34,976 nt of DNA from Rhodospirillales bacterium (GTDB lineage Bacteria; Pseudomonadota; Alphaproteobacteria; Acetobacterales; Acetobacteraceae). The translations under genes and the position numbers were made by a program. The notes under the pieces are model-generated. The model saw only the letters and a list, made by a program, of their open reading frames with translations, made no database searches and had not been told where the DNA came from. The DNA is taken from assembly GCA_025350425.1 (NCBI GenBank), contig JANXXW010000045.1:1-34976 (forward strand). Direction: 5' to 3'. This document shows positions 17,901 to 24,796 of this stretch, piece by piece; positions within the stretch are counted from its first letter, which is position 1, and each line of letters begins with the position of its first letter.

Positions 17901-19638
17901 TGATGCGGGCCCGGGTGCGAATTTGGCGGGTCTCCCGACCGACCGCCAGGGCGGCCATCACGATCAGCAGGCTGATGGAGGCCCAGATGGTGTTCAGCAG
18001 GAGCGCCTGGAACGTCAGTGTGTCGTTGGTCCCGAAGATCAGGCCAACCATACCCCGGATCACACCTGCGATCAGGAAGAAGGTGAGGATCAGGTTGGGG
18101 TATACCGCGCCAAGGTCGAAGAAGCCGTTTTCCAGCAGGCCCCCCTTGGCTGTCACGTTGAATTTACCCCGTCCGGGAGAGAGCAGCGTGGCCAGGATCA
18201 CGCGCACCAGAAACAGCGCCAGCACCGTCTCGTAGATCTCGCTCCAGAACGAATGCCGCCAGTTGCGTTGCACGCGGGAGTTGGTGGCGATCGAGTGGAA
18301 GATGTGTGGCAGCGCATAGGCCGTGATCGCCAGCGGGGAAGCCGCTATGCTGTTTTGGAACAGCAACAGATATGCGAGCGGCGCAGTCAGGAACACGAGG
18401 CGGGGGATGGCAAATAGGAAGTGCGCGGTCGCCTGGAGGTAGCAGATGCGCTGGCCGACGGTCAGCCCCCGACCGAACAAAGGATTGTCGATCCGCAGGA
18501 TCTGGATCATGCCGCGCGCCCAGCGGACGCGCTGGCCGATATGGAGCATCAACCGCTCGGTCGCGAGGCCACCGGCGAGCGGTAGCTTCAAATAGGCGCT
18601 GTCCCAGCCACGCCTATGCAGCTTCAGCATCGTATGCGCGTCCTCGGTGACGGTCTCGATCGCGAAACCATTGATTTCGTCGAGGGCCGCGCGCCGGATC
18701 ACGGCGCAGGAGCCGCAGAAGAAGCAGGCGTTCCAATAATCGTTGCCGTCCTGAACCAGCCCATAGAACAGGTTGCCTTCCGGCGGCACGCGCGTGCCGG
18801 CAGTCAGATTTCGCTGGAACGGATCGGGCGAGTAGAAATAGTGAGGAGTCTGCACCATGGCCATATTTGGCTCGGCCACCAGCCAGCCCATCGTCATCTG
18901 GAGGAAGGCCCGGGTCGGGATGTGGTCGCAGTCGAACACGCAGATATACTCAGCGTCGGTCAGGCCCATGGCGTGGTTGAGGTTTCCAGCCTTAGCGTGC
19001 TCGTTGATGCGGCGCGTAATGTAACCACAGCCACAATCCTCAGCGAACTGGCGGAACTCCTCGCGCCGACCGTCGTCCAGCAGCCATACGCGTATCTTCT
19101 CAGGTGGCCAATCGATCGCCAAGGCGGCGAGCACGGTCCCGCGCACCACGGTCATCGGCTCGTTGTAAGTGGGGATATACACGTCTACCGTCGGCCAAAG
19201 ATCGACATTATCGGGGAGCGGCATCGGCTTGCGATCGAGCGGCCAGATGGTCTGGACGTAACCGAGTACGAGCACGATGATGGCGTAAAGTTCGGCGAGC
19301 ACCAGCCCAATACCGAACACATATTCAGTGACCGACGGGAAGTCGAGCGTCTCGGTAAGACGCCAATACATATAGCGCAGCGACACGGACAGCGAGAGCG
19401 CCACGAGGAACAAGGTGACGCCCTTGCCCTTGAAGCGGTTGATGATCAAGAACGCGATGGCCGCGCCGGCAGCAAAGATAGCCTGTTCCCGAGGCCGCAA
19501 TGGCACTGTCGCCACCGCGACCACCAGCCCCATCCCCGCGAGTGCGATGAACGCGTCCAGAAACCGGCTTCCAAGGCTCATGCGCGATCGAGACCCACTG
19601 AGCCGGGCCTCTTCCCGCTCGGTAGCGGTCGTACTCAT
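14980..19638 (-). CDS. bcsAB: fused cellulose synthase: catalytic subunit BcsA (GT2 + PilZ) joined to periplasmic subunit BcsB
   Basis: GT2 motifs VDVYIPTYNEP, VFDCDH, TEDAHT and QRVRWARG. PilZ motifs RTRAR and DMSQGG. After a linker comes a BcsB-like ~700-aa region ending in a C-terminal TM anchor (YAIVILMLIGCALLGFALYWAL). Start preferred at ATG 19638 (GGAG 8 nt upstream). The ORF is open to GTG 19698. Confidence 0.9.
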   Translation of the reverse strand: MSTTATEREEARLSGSRSRMSLGSRFLDAFIALAGMGLVVAVATVPLRPREQAIFAAGAAIAFLIINRFKGKGVTLFLVALSLSVSLRYMYWRLTETLDFPSVTEYVFGIGLVLAELYAIIVLVLGYVQTIWPLDRKPMPLPDNVDLWPTVDVYIPTYNEPMTVVRGTVLAALAIDWPPEKIRVWLLDDGRREEFRQFAEDCGCGYITRRINEHAKAGNLNHAMGLTDAEYICVFDCDHIPTRAFLQMTMGWLVAEPNMAMVQTPHYFYSPDPFQRNLTAGTRVPPEGNLFYGLVQDGNDYWNACFFCGSCAVIRRAALDEINGFAIETVTEDAHTMLKLHRRGWDSAYLKLPLAGGLATERLMLHIGQRVRWARGMIQILRIDNPLFGRGLTVGQRICYLQATAHFLFAIPRLVFLTAPLAYLLLFQNSIAASPLAITAYALPHIFHSIATNSRVQRNWRHSFWSEIYETVLALFLVRVILATLLSPGRGKFNVTAKGGLLENGFFDLGAVYPNLILTFFLIAGVIRGMVGLIFGTNDTLTFQALLLNTIWASISLLIVMAALAVGRETRQIRTRARISATVPIEIHLPDGRIATGVTRDMSQGGSNVTATRPAMVEDGADVQIVFKQGDETILVPARVLRWDEKSLQVRWQPTTIEEEACVVRAVFGRADAWTDWSAFPVDRPVGSLWRVVVSIRGLFRPRDRTPVRPLTPDSGEGTAPTMRPVLSGPNRAMAGSALGAVFLLCMSWHAAAQPAPRGPTFVRPIPQPVPTLQAGLQPGTKFDLSQSAQPVAPPSPAFSPGTQTGAVQTSASPPVGAAPAVPIVPASAADGAASDSVDTPRLGVRHVTYNLRQLGAAGPLALRGTSELQGVEFGIRADEVVTGAQLSVTGAASPALIPEFSNVTVTMNEQYVGTIPITRDQPNFNQEMTVSPVFFQDNNRLNFRFTGRYTPECNDPLSGLLWATIYDSSTLTLTLERLPPNRDLARLPLPFFDTHEKQLLNLPFVMTVSPGNEALKAAAITASWFGQQATFRGATYPLLSEPPQQGNAVMVVVAGEGRAPSFLPTINGPTLAIIPNPNDRLSSILLIAGRNGEEAVAAATVLTVGSRALGTGIAVVQPADVPVRVAYDAPSWIATNRAVKFGEMVDASDLQVYGYVGLLHVPFRTAPDFYTWRNRAFPMNVKYRGPPGPIIDVAPSRMDVGINGVYLDSFSMAPIERRDSWFSRLFDFGVTQPDAHVDLPQYDVFGANDAQFFFDARPLQRGDCAAIPNDLRMSIDPDSTLDLSRGYRFAEMPNLAFFVNSGFPFTRMADLSRTAVVLPDRPSGVELTAFLNLMGRFGSLTGYPVLRVAIVRPDAVNTVADRDLLLMGTVQRLQGAAELLRSSAVRLSGNRLQLTLPSAFDTTVARLFGDRQDVDRQRAFSGLTANVDTNTAILVGSESPLSGGRSLVALLAGSPQVLETMVSTLRDTEQAPLLQGDLAIMTANKVTSYRVGASYTVGSLPFWLYPSWVLRDQPYAIVILMLIGCALLGFALYWALRRRANGRMAVRDLER

Positions 19639-19767
19639 CAACGATTCTCCGTGCGCATGTGTTTCCGTGACGTCTGCGCCGCTTCCCGTTGCGGACACTA
19701 TCGACGGCCAAAAAAAGCTTCTGAGATAAGAATCACTTTTCCGCGATAAAATCTTCTTAATTAGTAA

Positions 19768-19796
19768 ATTATCACCACGCCATCTACTAGTTGCAG
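19768..19796 (-). promoter_or_regulatory. candidate sigma-70-type promoter for bcsAB-C-D (CTGCAA-N17-GATAAT)
   Basis: On the minus strand, CTGCAA (19791-19796), a 17-nt spacer, then GATAAT (19768-19773). It lies inside the AT-rich gap about 130 nt upstream of the bcsAB ATG. This is a sequence-pattern call only. Confidence 0.25.
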
Positions 19797-19811
19797 TGTA
19801 CGTTTACGAAC

Positions 19812-19859
19812 CCAAAAAGCTAACAGTTACCTGCCGCTACACTTCGCGGTAACACTGTT
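19812..19859 (-). terminator. candidate intrinsic terminator after the bcsH-like ORF
   Basis: The minus strand reads AACAGTGTTACCGCGAAGTGTAGCGGCAGGTAACTGTT followed by AGCTTTTTGGG. The stem is imperfect, 10-12 bp (AACAG/CTGTT plus TTACC/GGTAA or CCGC/GCGG), followed by a T5 run. It lies 55 nt downstream of the bcsH-like stop. Confidence 0.4.
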
Positions 19860-19914
19860 GCGTAATTATCACGCTTTGTGGCGATTAGCCGTGGTGGGAC
19901 GGTCGCCGGGACAG

Positions 19915-20610
19915 CTACCCCGCTTCGTGGACACCTTCGCGCGCGGAAAGATCGGCCACCGACCTCCCATTGAGAACCCGGAACATGTCGCCGATCGAAA
20001 ACGGCCCCAAATCGGACCGGGGCGCTTCGGCCGGGATGGTTTCCCGGGCGGCAATTCGTGTTCCGAGGCTGGGCAGCGAGGGCGCGACGGACTGAGTGGA
20101 AATGCCGGCCGGCGCCGCCGTTACGCAAGCAACGAAAGGCGAGGCGAGGATCGCCGCCACGATGGATATGGGGCTCGTCACGGCCCTAGCATCCTTGGCT
20201 GGAACGTCGCGGAGCGAAGCGGCTTGGAGAGGCGCGCGTTCGGGCTTCGGTTCCGGCGACACGCGCGTCAGTTCCAGCGCCGCGCGCGTCAGGGCGACAT
20301 GCAGAGGGGGATCGGTGGCGGGAAGAAGCGGCGACGGCGTGGCTTCGCTCAGATCCATCAAGGGGATCACGGGCGCTATCGGGATCGGTGCATTGGCAGG
20401 AAGCAGCACGTCTGGCTGCGTATCGTCCATCACATGCACCACCGCCTGCGGCGCGAACGGGTCGTAGACGGTATCGTCGAGGATGGCCGGCGTGGCGACG
20501 TATGCGGCGACGGTCCGCAATTGCTGCTTGCCGAAGCTGCGGTATCGGATCGGTGTGGCGCCGATCGCGGCCAGCGCCTTGTCCACATCGGTGGGATTGC
20601 AGTCGCTCAA
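19915..20610 (-). CDS. Pro/Ala-rich hypothetical protein in the BcsH (CcpAx) position
   Basis: The TTG start has TAAGGG 7 nt upstream. 231 aa with Pro-rich low complexity (PANAPIPIAPVIPL, SPEPKPERAP) and one hydrophobic segment (ISIVAAILASPFVACVTAAPAGI). It sits between bcsZ and bcsAB exactly as ccpAx does in Komagataeibacter. I recognise no domain. Confidence 0.5.
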   Translation of the reverse strand: MSDCNPTDVDKALAAIGATPIRYRSFGKQQLRTVAAYVATPAILDDTVYDPFAPQAVVHVMDDTQPDVLLPANAPIPIAPVIPLMDLSEATPSPLLPATDPPLHVALTRAALELTRVSPEPKPERAPLQAASLRDVPAKDARAVTSPISIVAAILASPFVACVTAAPAGISTQSVAPSLPSLGTRIAARETIPAEAPRSDLGPFSIGDMFRVLNGRSVADLSAREGVHEAG

Positions 20611-20655
20611 TGAAATACCCTTACAACAGCATATTTTACGACGGCAAAGCGGCGG

Positions 20656-21738
20656 TCACGCGACCCCGCCTTCGCGCCACGCTAAGCGTGATAGCAGAAT
20701 CAGGGCGGCGGAGTAATAGTCGTTTGCGATCTGTAACGTTGGAAAGGTATCCGGCATCGCGGCGCCAGCGAGAGAAAGCGCGCGTGCCGTCGCCACGTGG
20801 CCGATCGCCAACATCCCGGCGGGCGCCGCGTAGGGGGCGACCATGTTGGTGTCCAAATCGACCCAGGCTCGCGGGGCGGCATGCCCGAAACGCCAAAACG
20901 ACACGAACGCCTCGCTTGCGCGGGCATCGCTGTGCCCGCCCCAGGCCAGCCATAGCGGTACCCGGATCGCATCGAAGGAGAACCGGGCCGGCCAATGCGG
21001 GTGCGGAGCCAGCGCGCCGTCGACGCGCGAGACCCGCAGCCAGTCGGGCGGCAGGTGCCATTGGCCGAACCGTCCCTCATCGATCAAAGCCTGCCCGTCG
21101 TCGATCAGCCTCACCCAGAGCGGCGAAGGCGCCGCGTCGGCCAGTTCCGCCAGCATCGGAAACGCGTAGTAGGACGGATTGACCGTGACGCTGTCGCGGA
21201 ACGTGAACCCCTCGACCCCGGGCAGTAGCACGGTGCGCGGCCCGGCCGTGGTGACCAGCAGGCTCAGGATATCCCGGGCTATAGCGCTGGCTGCGCTGGC
21301 ATAATCCGGCCGGTTCCAACGGCGATGGGCGCGCCACAATGCGGTCGCGATCGAGATATCCCCGTCGGACGCGTTGTTCTGGTCAGCAACGGGGATCGCC
21401 GCATTCGGCTGATAACGCCAGCTGTGCAGCCTGTCATAGCCGCGTCGGAGATGGCGCGACGTCCAGTTGAGCAGGAGGTCGAACGTGACGGGATCGTCGA
21501 ATGCGACCGCGAACAGCATCCCCCACCCCTGCCCCTCGGTGTGCGAGCAGCCACCATTGCCGGTATCAACCACCCGCCCGCTCGGGTCCACGAAGCGCAG
21601 CTTGAACGCCTCCCACTCGTGGCGGTCATTGGGTGGAACCGGCAGTGCGCGCGCCGCACCGGCGGAAGCGGCGATGATGGCGGCCCCGGAAACAAGCGCA
21701 CGACGCCGCGTCAGGGTGGGGGTGAGAGTGTCGAACAC
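20656..21738 (-). CDS. bcsZ: endo-beta-1,4-glucanase, glycoside hydrolase family 8 (CMCax-like)
   Basis: GH8 hallmarks SHTEGQGWGMLFAV and NNASDGDISIA. The GTG start at 21738 has GAGGAG 8 nt upstream and gives a signal with TRRRALVSGAAIIAASAGAARA. The ORF is open to 21834. Confidence 0.85.
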   Translation of the reverse strand: MFDTLTPTLTRRRALVSGAAIIAASAGAARALPVPPNDRHEWEAFKLRFVDPSGRVVDTGNGGCSHTEGQGWGMLFAVAFDDPVTFDLLLNWTSRHLRRGYDRLHSWRYQPNAAIPVADQNNASDGDISIATALWRAHRRWNRPDYASAASAIARDILSLLVTTAGPRTVLLPGVEGFTFRDSVTVNPSYYAFPMLAELADAAPSPLWVRLIDDGQALIDEGRFGQWHLPPDWLRVSRVDGALAPHPHWPARFSFDAIRVPLWLAWGGHSDARASEAFVSFWRFGHAAPRAWVDLDTNMVAPYAAPAGMLAIGHVATARALSLAGAAMPDTFPTLQIANDYYSAALILLSRLAWREGGVA

Positions 21739-21954
21739 CAGGAAAGCTCCTCGGCAGCCGCGTACCGCGCGTCCCAGGGATCGCGAAGCGGGCAGAAATC
21801 GGAGCGGACCTTCTGTCCACGAGACCGGTCCCATTTTCGTGCAAAGGTATTAAGACAAGGTTACTGCGCCGGATGCGTCGCCTGCCAAGCCCGCATCGCG
21901 CCGATTTTGGCTTGCTAGTGGTGCAGGATCATTTTGGCGACGAGATCGCGCGGT

Positions 21955-22101
21955 GCAGCTTTATTCCGCCTGCGCCAGATGGCGGAACTGGATGCCAGGA
22001 TTGGTGAACTCACGGCCAGGCGGGATGCTCTGTCCAAACTCGCCAACGCCTGCCGCAATGAAAACCGGCCGGACTGGCCAATCCTGCGAGATCTTGAAGG
22101 C
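21955..22101 (+). pseudogene. MerR-family regulator remnant (C-terminal dimerisation helix and effector loop only)
   Basis: AALFRLRQMAELDARIGELTARRDALSKLANACRNENRPDWPILRDLEG resembles the coiled-coil plus C-x-G-D-x-x-P-D-C-P-I-L tail of MerR-type regulators, with the second Cys replaced by Trp. There is an in-frame TAG at 21916-21918 and no N-terminal HTH. The frame runs on into the tRNA gene. Confidence 0.45.
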
Positions 22102-22141
22102 GCCGCTTCCATACACTCGGTTCGCAGTCCGCAGGGCGCGC

Positions 22142-22215
22142 TGGAGCGGGTGAAGGGAATCGAACCCTCGTATGCAGCTTGGGAAGCTGCCGTTCTACCA
22201 TTGAACTACACCCGC
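22142..22215 (-). tRNA. tRNA-Gly (anticodon CCC), CCA encoded
   Basis: The minus strand reads GCGGGTG TA GTTC AATGGTA GAAC G GCAGC TTCCCAA GCTGC ATAC GAGGG TTCGATT CCCTT CACCCGC TCCA. It folds by hand into a 74-nt cloverleaf with anticodon loop TT-CCC-AA. Confidence 0.9.
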
Positions 22216-22253
22216 GACCGAAGTCACGCATAAGGCATTATAGAAAGCGGCAA

Positions 22254-22282
22254 TTGACGACGCAATGCGCGTTTCCTAATGA
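22254..22282 (+). promoter_or_regulatory. candidate sigma-70-type promoter for metZ (TTGACG-N17-TAATGA)
   Basis: TTGACG at 22254-22259, a 17-nt spacer, TAATGA at 22277-22282. This would start a ~145-nt leader containing the riboswitch-like element. Confidence 0.3.
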
Positions 22283-22306
22283 TACGCTGCACTGTGCAAG
22301 CGGCGC

Positions 22307-22362
22307 CCTCGTGATTTGTCCGGCCGGATTGCGGCGAGGTTAAACAAGCGCGCTAAAGAGGC
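22307..22362 (+). promoter_or_regulatory. candidate SAM-II (metA-motif) riboswitch in the metZ leader
   Basis: CCUCGUGAUUUGUCCGGCCGGAUUGCGGCGAGGUUAAACAAGCGCGCUAAAGAGGC. It has a CCUCG/CGAGG stem (22307-22311 with 22335-22339), a GAUUU segment near the 5-prime end and an A-rich ...GCUAAAG 3-prime tail, as I recall for SAM-II. The position, upstream of a methionine-biosynthesis gene in an alphaproteobacterium, fits. I could not confirm the pseudoknot pairing by hand. Confidence 0.35.
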
Positions 22363-22434
22363 CAGCCACGACCGTGCGCCGATGCGCGGCCGAGGGCTGC
22401 ACCCACGGCCGGCCCATCGCGAAAGGGCCTTTTA

Positions 22435-23658
22435 ATGTCGTCAGTATCCAAGTTTCGCCCCGCCACCCTGCTCGTGCAGGGCGGAATCGAGCGCACTCAG
22501 TTCAGCGAGACCAGCGAGGCTTTGTTCCTCACCTCGGGTTTCGTGTACGACAGCGCCGAACAGGCCGAGGCCACATTCGCCGGCACCGTCGAGCACTACC
22601 AGTATTCGCGCTTCGGCAATCCCACCATCTCGATGCTGGAGCGACGCCTGGCGCTGGTCGAGGGAGCCGAGGCCTGCCGCACCACGGCCACCGGCATGGC
22701 GGCCGTCCACGCCTCCATGCTGGCGCACCTCAAGACCGGTGACCGGGTGGTGGCATCGCGCGCATTGTTCGGCTCATGCCACTGGATCGTCTCCACCCTG
22801 CTGCCGCGCTACGGCATCGTGAGCGAGTTCGTGGACGGGGCGGACCTCGACCAATGGCGCACGGCACTTTCGACCCCGGCGCAGCTCGTACTGCTCGAAA
22901 CGCCGTCCAACCCGATGCTCGAACTTGTAGACATCCGGGCCGTGGCCGATCTGGCGCACGCGGCGGGTGCCTTGGTGGTGGTGGACAATGTGTTCGCGAC
23001 CCCGCTGCTGCAAAAGCCTTTCGAACTGGGCGCCGACGTGGTGGTGTATTCCTGCACCAAGCACATCGACGGCCAGGGTCGCGTGCTGGGCGGCGCGGTG
23101 CTGGGCCGCCAGAAATGGGTGGACGAGGTGCTACAGCCCTTCATCCGCAACACCGGGCCATCGATGTCCGCGTTCAACGCATGGCTGCTCCTGAAAGGAT
23201 TGGAGACGCTGGCACTCCGGGTCGATGCCGCGTGCCGTTCGGCCGAGACGCTCGCCGGTTTCCTGGCGGACCGACCGGAGATCGCGCGGGTCTGGTACCC
23301 GACCCGCCCCGACCACCCGCAGCATGAACTCGCCGCCCGCCAGATGACCGGCGGTGGCACATTGGTAGCGTTCGAAGTGGCGGGCACGCCTACCTTGTCC
23401 CCGAAGCAAGCCGCGTTCCGGTTGATGAACGCAATGCGCGTGGTGCGCGTCTCCAACAATCTCGGTGATTCCAAGTCGCTCGCGACGCATCCCGCAACCA
23501 CGACGCATTACCGCATCGGTGCCGAGGAACGCGCACGCCTGGGCATCACCGATGGCGTGATCCGGTTTTCCGTCGGACTCGAGGATATCGAGGACCTGAA
23601 GGACGATCTGTTGCGTGGGTTGGGGGAACTCCAGACGTTACGGCAGGCGGCAGAGTAA
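22435..23658 (+). CDS. metZ: O-succinylhomoserine sulfhydrylase (Cys/Met-metabolism PLP enzyme)
   Basis: N-terminus RPATLLVQGGIERTQFSETSEALFLTSGFVYDSAEQAEATF and YSRFGNPT. PLP-lysine motif YSCTKHIDGQG. About 400 aa. Confidence 0.85.
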   Translation: MSSVSKFRPATLLVQGGIERTQFSETSEALFLTSGFVYDSAEQAEATFAGTVEHYQYSRFGNPTISMLERRLALVEGAEACRTTATGMAAVHASMLAHLKTGDRVVASRALFGSCHWIVSTLLPRYGIVSEFVDGADLDQWRTALSTPAQLVLLETPSNPMLELVDIRAVADLAHAAGALVVVDNVFATPLLQKPFELGADVVVYSCTKHIDGQGRVLGGAVLGRQKWVDEVLQPFIRNTGPSMSAFNAWLLLKGLETLALRVDAACRSAETLAGFLADRPEIARVWYPTRPDHPQHELAARQMTGGGTLVAFEVAGTPTLSPKQAAFRLMNAMRVVRVSNNLGDSKSLATHPATTTHYRIGAEERARLGITDGVIRFSVGLEDIEDLKDDLLRGLGELQTLRQAAE

Positions 23659-23659
23659 C

Positions 23660-24070
23660 ATGGCCAAGGTGCCCGAATACGCTTTGACCACGAACGGGGT
23701 GCGCGTGACCGTGCGCGCCTTCTTCCTGGAAGATCAATCGGACCCAGACGAGAAGCGTTTCGTCTGGGCCTACCGTATCACCATCGCCAACGTCGGCCGC
23801 CAAACCGTGCAGCTGCTGCGCCGGTCGTGGGACGTGACGGATGCGCGCGGCTTCACCCAGAAGGTGCATGGCCCCGGCGTGGTCGGCGAGCAGCCGACTC
23901 TGGAGCCGGGAGAGAACTTCGAATACACCTCCGGAACCCCGCTCGAAACGCCATCGGGCTTCATGGTGGGCAAGTATCACATGATCGCGCCCGACAGCGG
24001 CGAGGAATTCGACGTAGCTATTCCAGCGTTTAGTCTGGACAGCCCGCACCAGGACGGCCGCGTGCACTGA
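23660..24070 (+). CDS. apaG: ApaG (DUF525) protein
   Basis: Typical ApaG sequence: VRVTVRAFFLEDQSDPDEKRFVWAYRITIANVGRQTVQLLRRSWDVTDARG...GVVGEQPTLEPGENFEYTSG. The ATG lies 2 nt after the metZ stop. Confidence 0.85.
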   Translation: MAKVPEYALTTNGVRVTVRAFFLEDQSDPDEKRFVWAYRITIANVGRQTVQLLRRSWDVTDARGFTQKVHGPGVVGEQPTLEPGENFEYTSGTPLETPSGFMVGKYHMIAPDSGEEFDVAIPAFSLDSPHQDGRVH

Positions 24071-24122
24071 CTTTCGACGCAACACGCACCATGTCACTCA
24101 AATTGAGTGAAGGATATTTTGC

Positions 24123-24779
24123 GTGAACATCGCGGCTTCCAGACCACCCCAGCCCGGCGGCCCCGTCGAGATCAGCCCAATCGACACGATGGCGGAACGG
24201 CCATCGCGCGAGGATGCAGAGGCCGCCGTCCGCACGCTGCTGCGGTGGGCCTGCGACGACCCGACGCGCGAAGGTCTGCGCGACACACCCGCACGCGTCG
24301 TACGGTCCTACCAAGAATATTTCGCCGGGTATCACGTTGATCCCGTGGCGCTGCTGGAGCGGACCTTTGACGAAGTCGAGGGCTACGACGAGATCGTGCT
24401 GTTGCGGGATATCCGCGTCGAGAGCTGTTGCGAGCACCACATGGCGCCGATCGTTGGACGCGCCCACGTCGCCTATCTGCCGCATCGCCGCGTGGTGGGC
24501 ATCAGCAAGCTGGCCCGCGTAGTCGATGCCTACTCCAAGAGGTTGCAGATCCAGGAGAAGCTCACTGCGCAGATCGCCAACACCATCAACGACGTGCTGC
24601 AACCACGCGGCACGGCGGTGATCATCGAGGCCTCCCACCACTGCATGGTCACGCGCGGCGTCCACAAGCCGGGCACCTCGCTCGTCACCAGCCGTATGCT
24701 CGGCGTCTTTCGGCACGATCCCGAGACCCGACGCGAGTTGCTGGCGATGGTGGGACGCGGGAGCAGCAATCTCGACTGA
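24123..24779 (+). CDS. folE: GTP cyclohydrolase I
   Basis: [20 protein letters not shown], zinc/active-site motif [12 protein letters not shown], and [13 protein letters not shown]. The GTG start has GAAGGA 8 nt upstream. An alternative start is the ATG giving MAERPS. Confidence 0.9.
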   Translation: MNIAASRPPQPGGPVEISPIDTMAERPSREDAEAAVRTLLRWACDDPTREGLRDTPARVVRSYQEYFAGYHVDPVALLERTFDEVEGYDEIVLLRDIRVESCCEHHMAPIVGRAHVAYLPHRRVVGISKLARVVDAYSKRLQIQEKLTAQIANTINDVLQPRGTAVIIEASHHCMVTRGVHKPGTSLVTSRMLGVFRHDPETRRELLAMVGRGSSNLD

Positions 24780-24796
24780 AAGTCGAGGCGCGGGCC

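Noticed and set aside
19858-20613. The 251-aa plus-strand ORF opposite the bcsH-like ORF.
   Set aside because: It is Arg-rich and motif-free (RRRRGFAQIHQGDHGRYRDRCIGRK), has no SD, and runs against the orientation of the whole locus. The minus-strand ORF has an SD and a sensible operon context.
12300-21738. Compositional evidence that the bcs locus is horizontally acquired.
   Set aside because: By eye, G+C content and codon style of the bcs genes look like the flanking housekeeping genes. Only the 19.7-19.9 kb intergenic gap is AT-rich. I cannot compute k-mer statistics here.
21934-22233. The 99-aa plus-strand ORF as a genuine protein-coding gene.
   Set aside because: Its 3-prime third is simply the antisense of tRNA-Gly. 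Only residues ~8-56 look protein-like (a MerR C-terminal region), and there is no DNA-binding domain. I treated it as a remnant.
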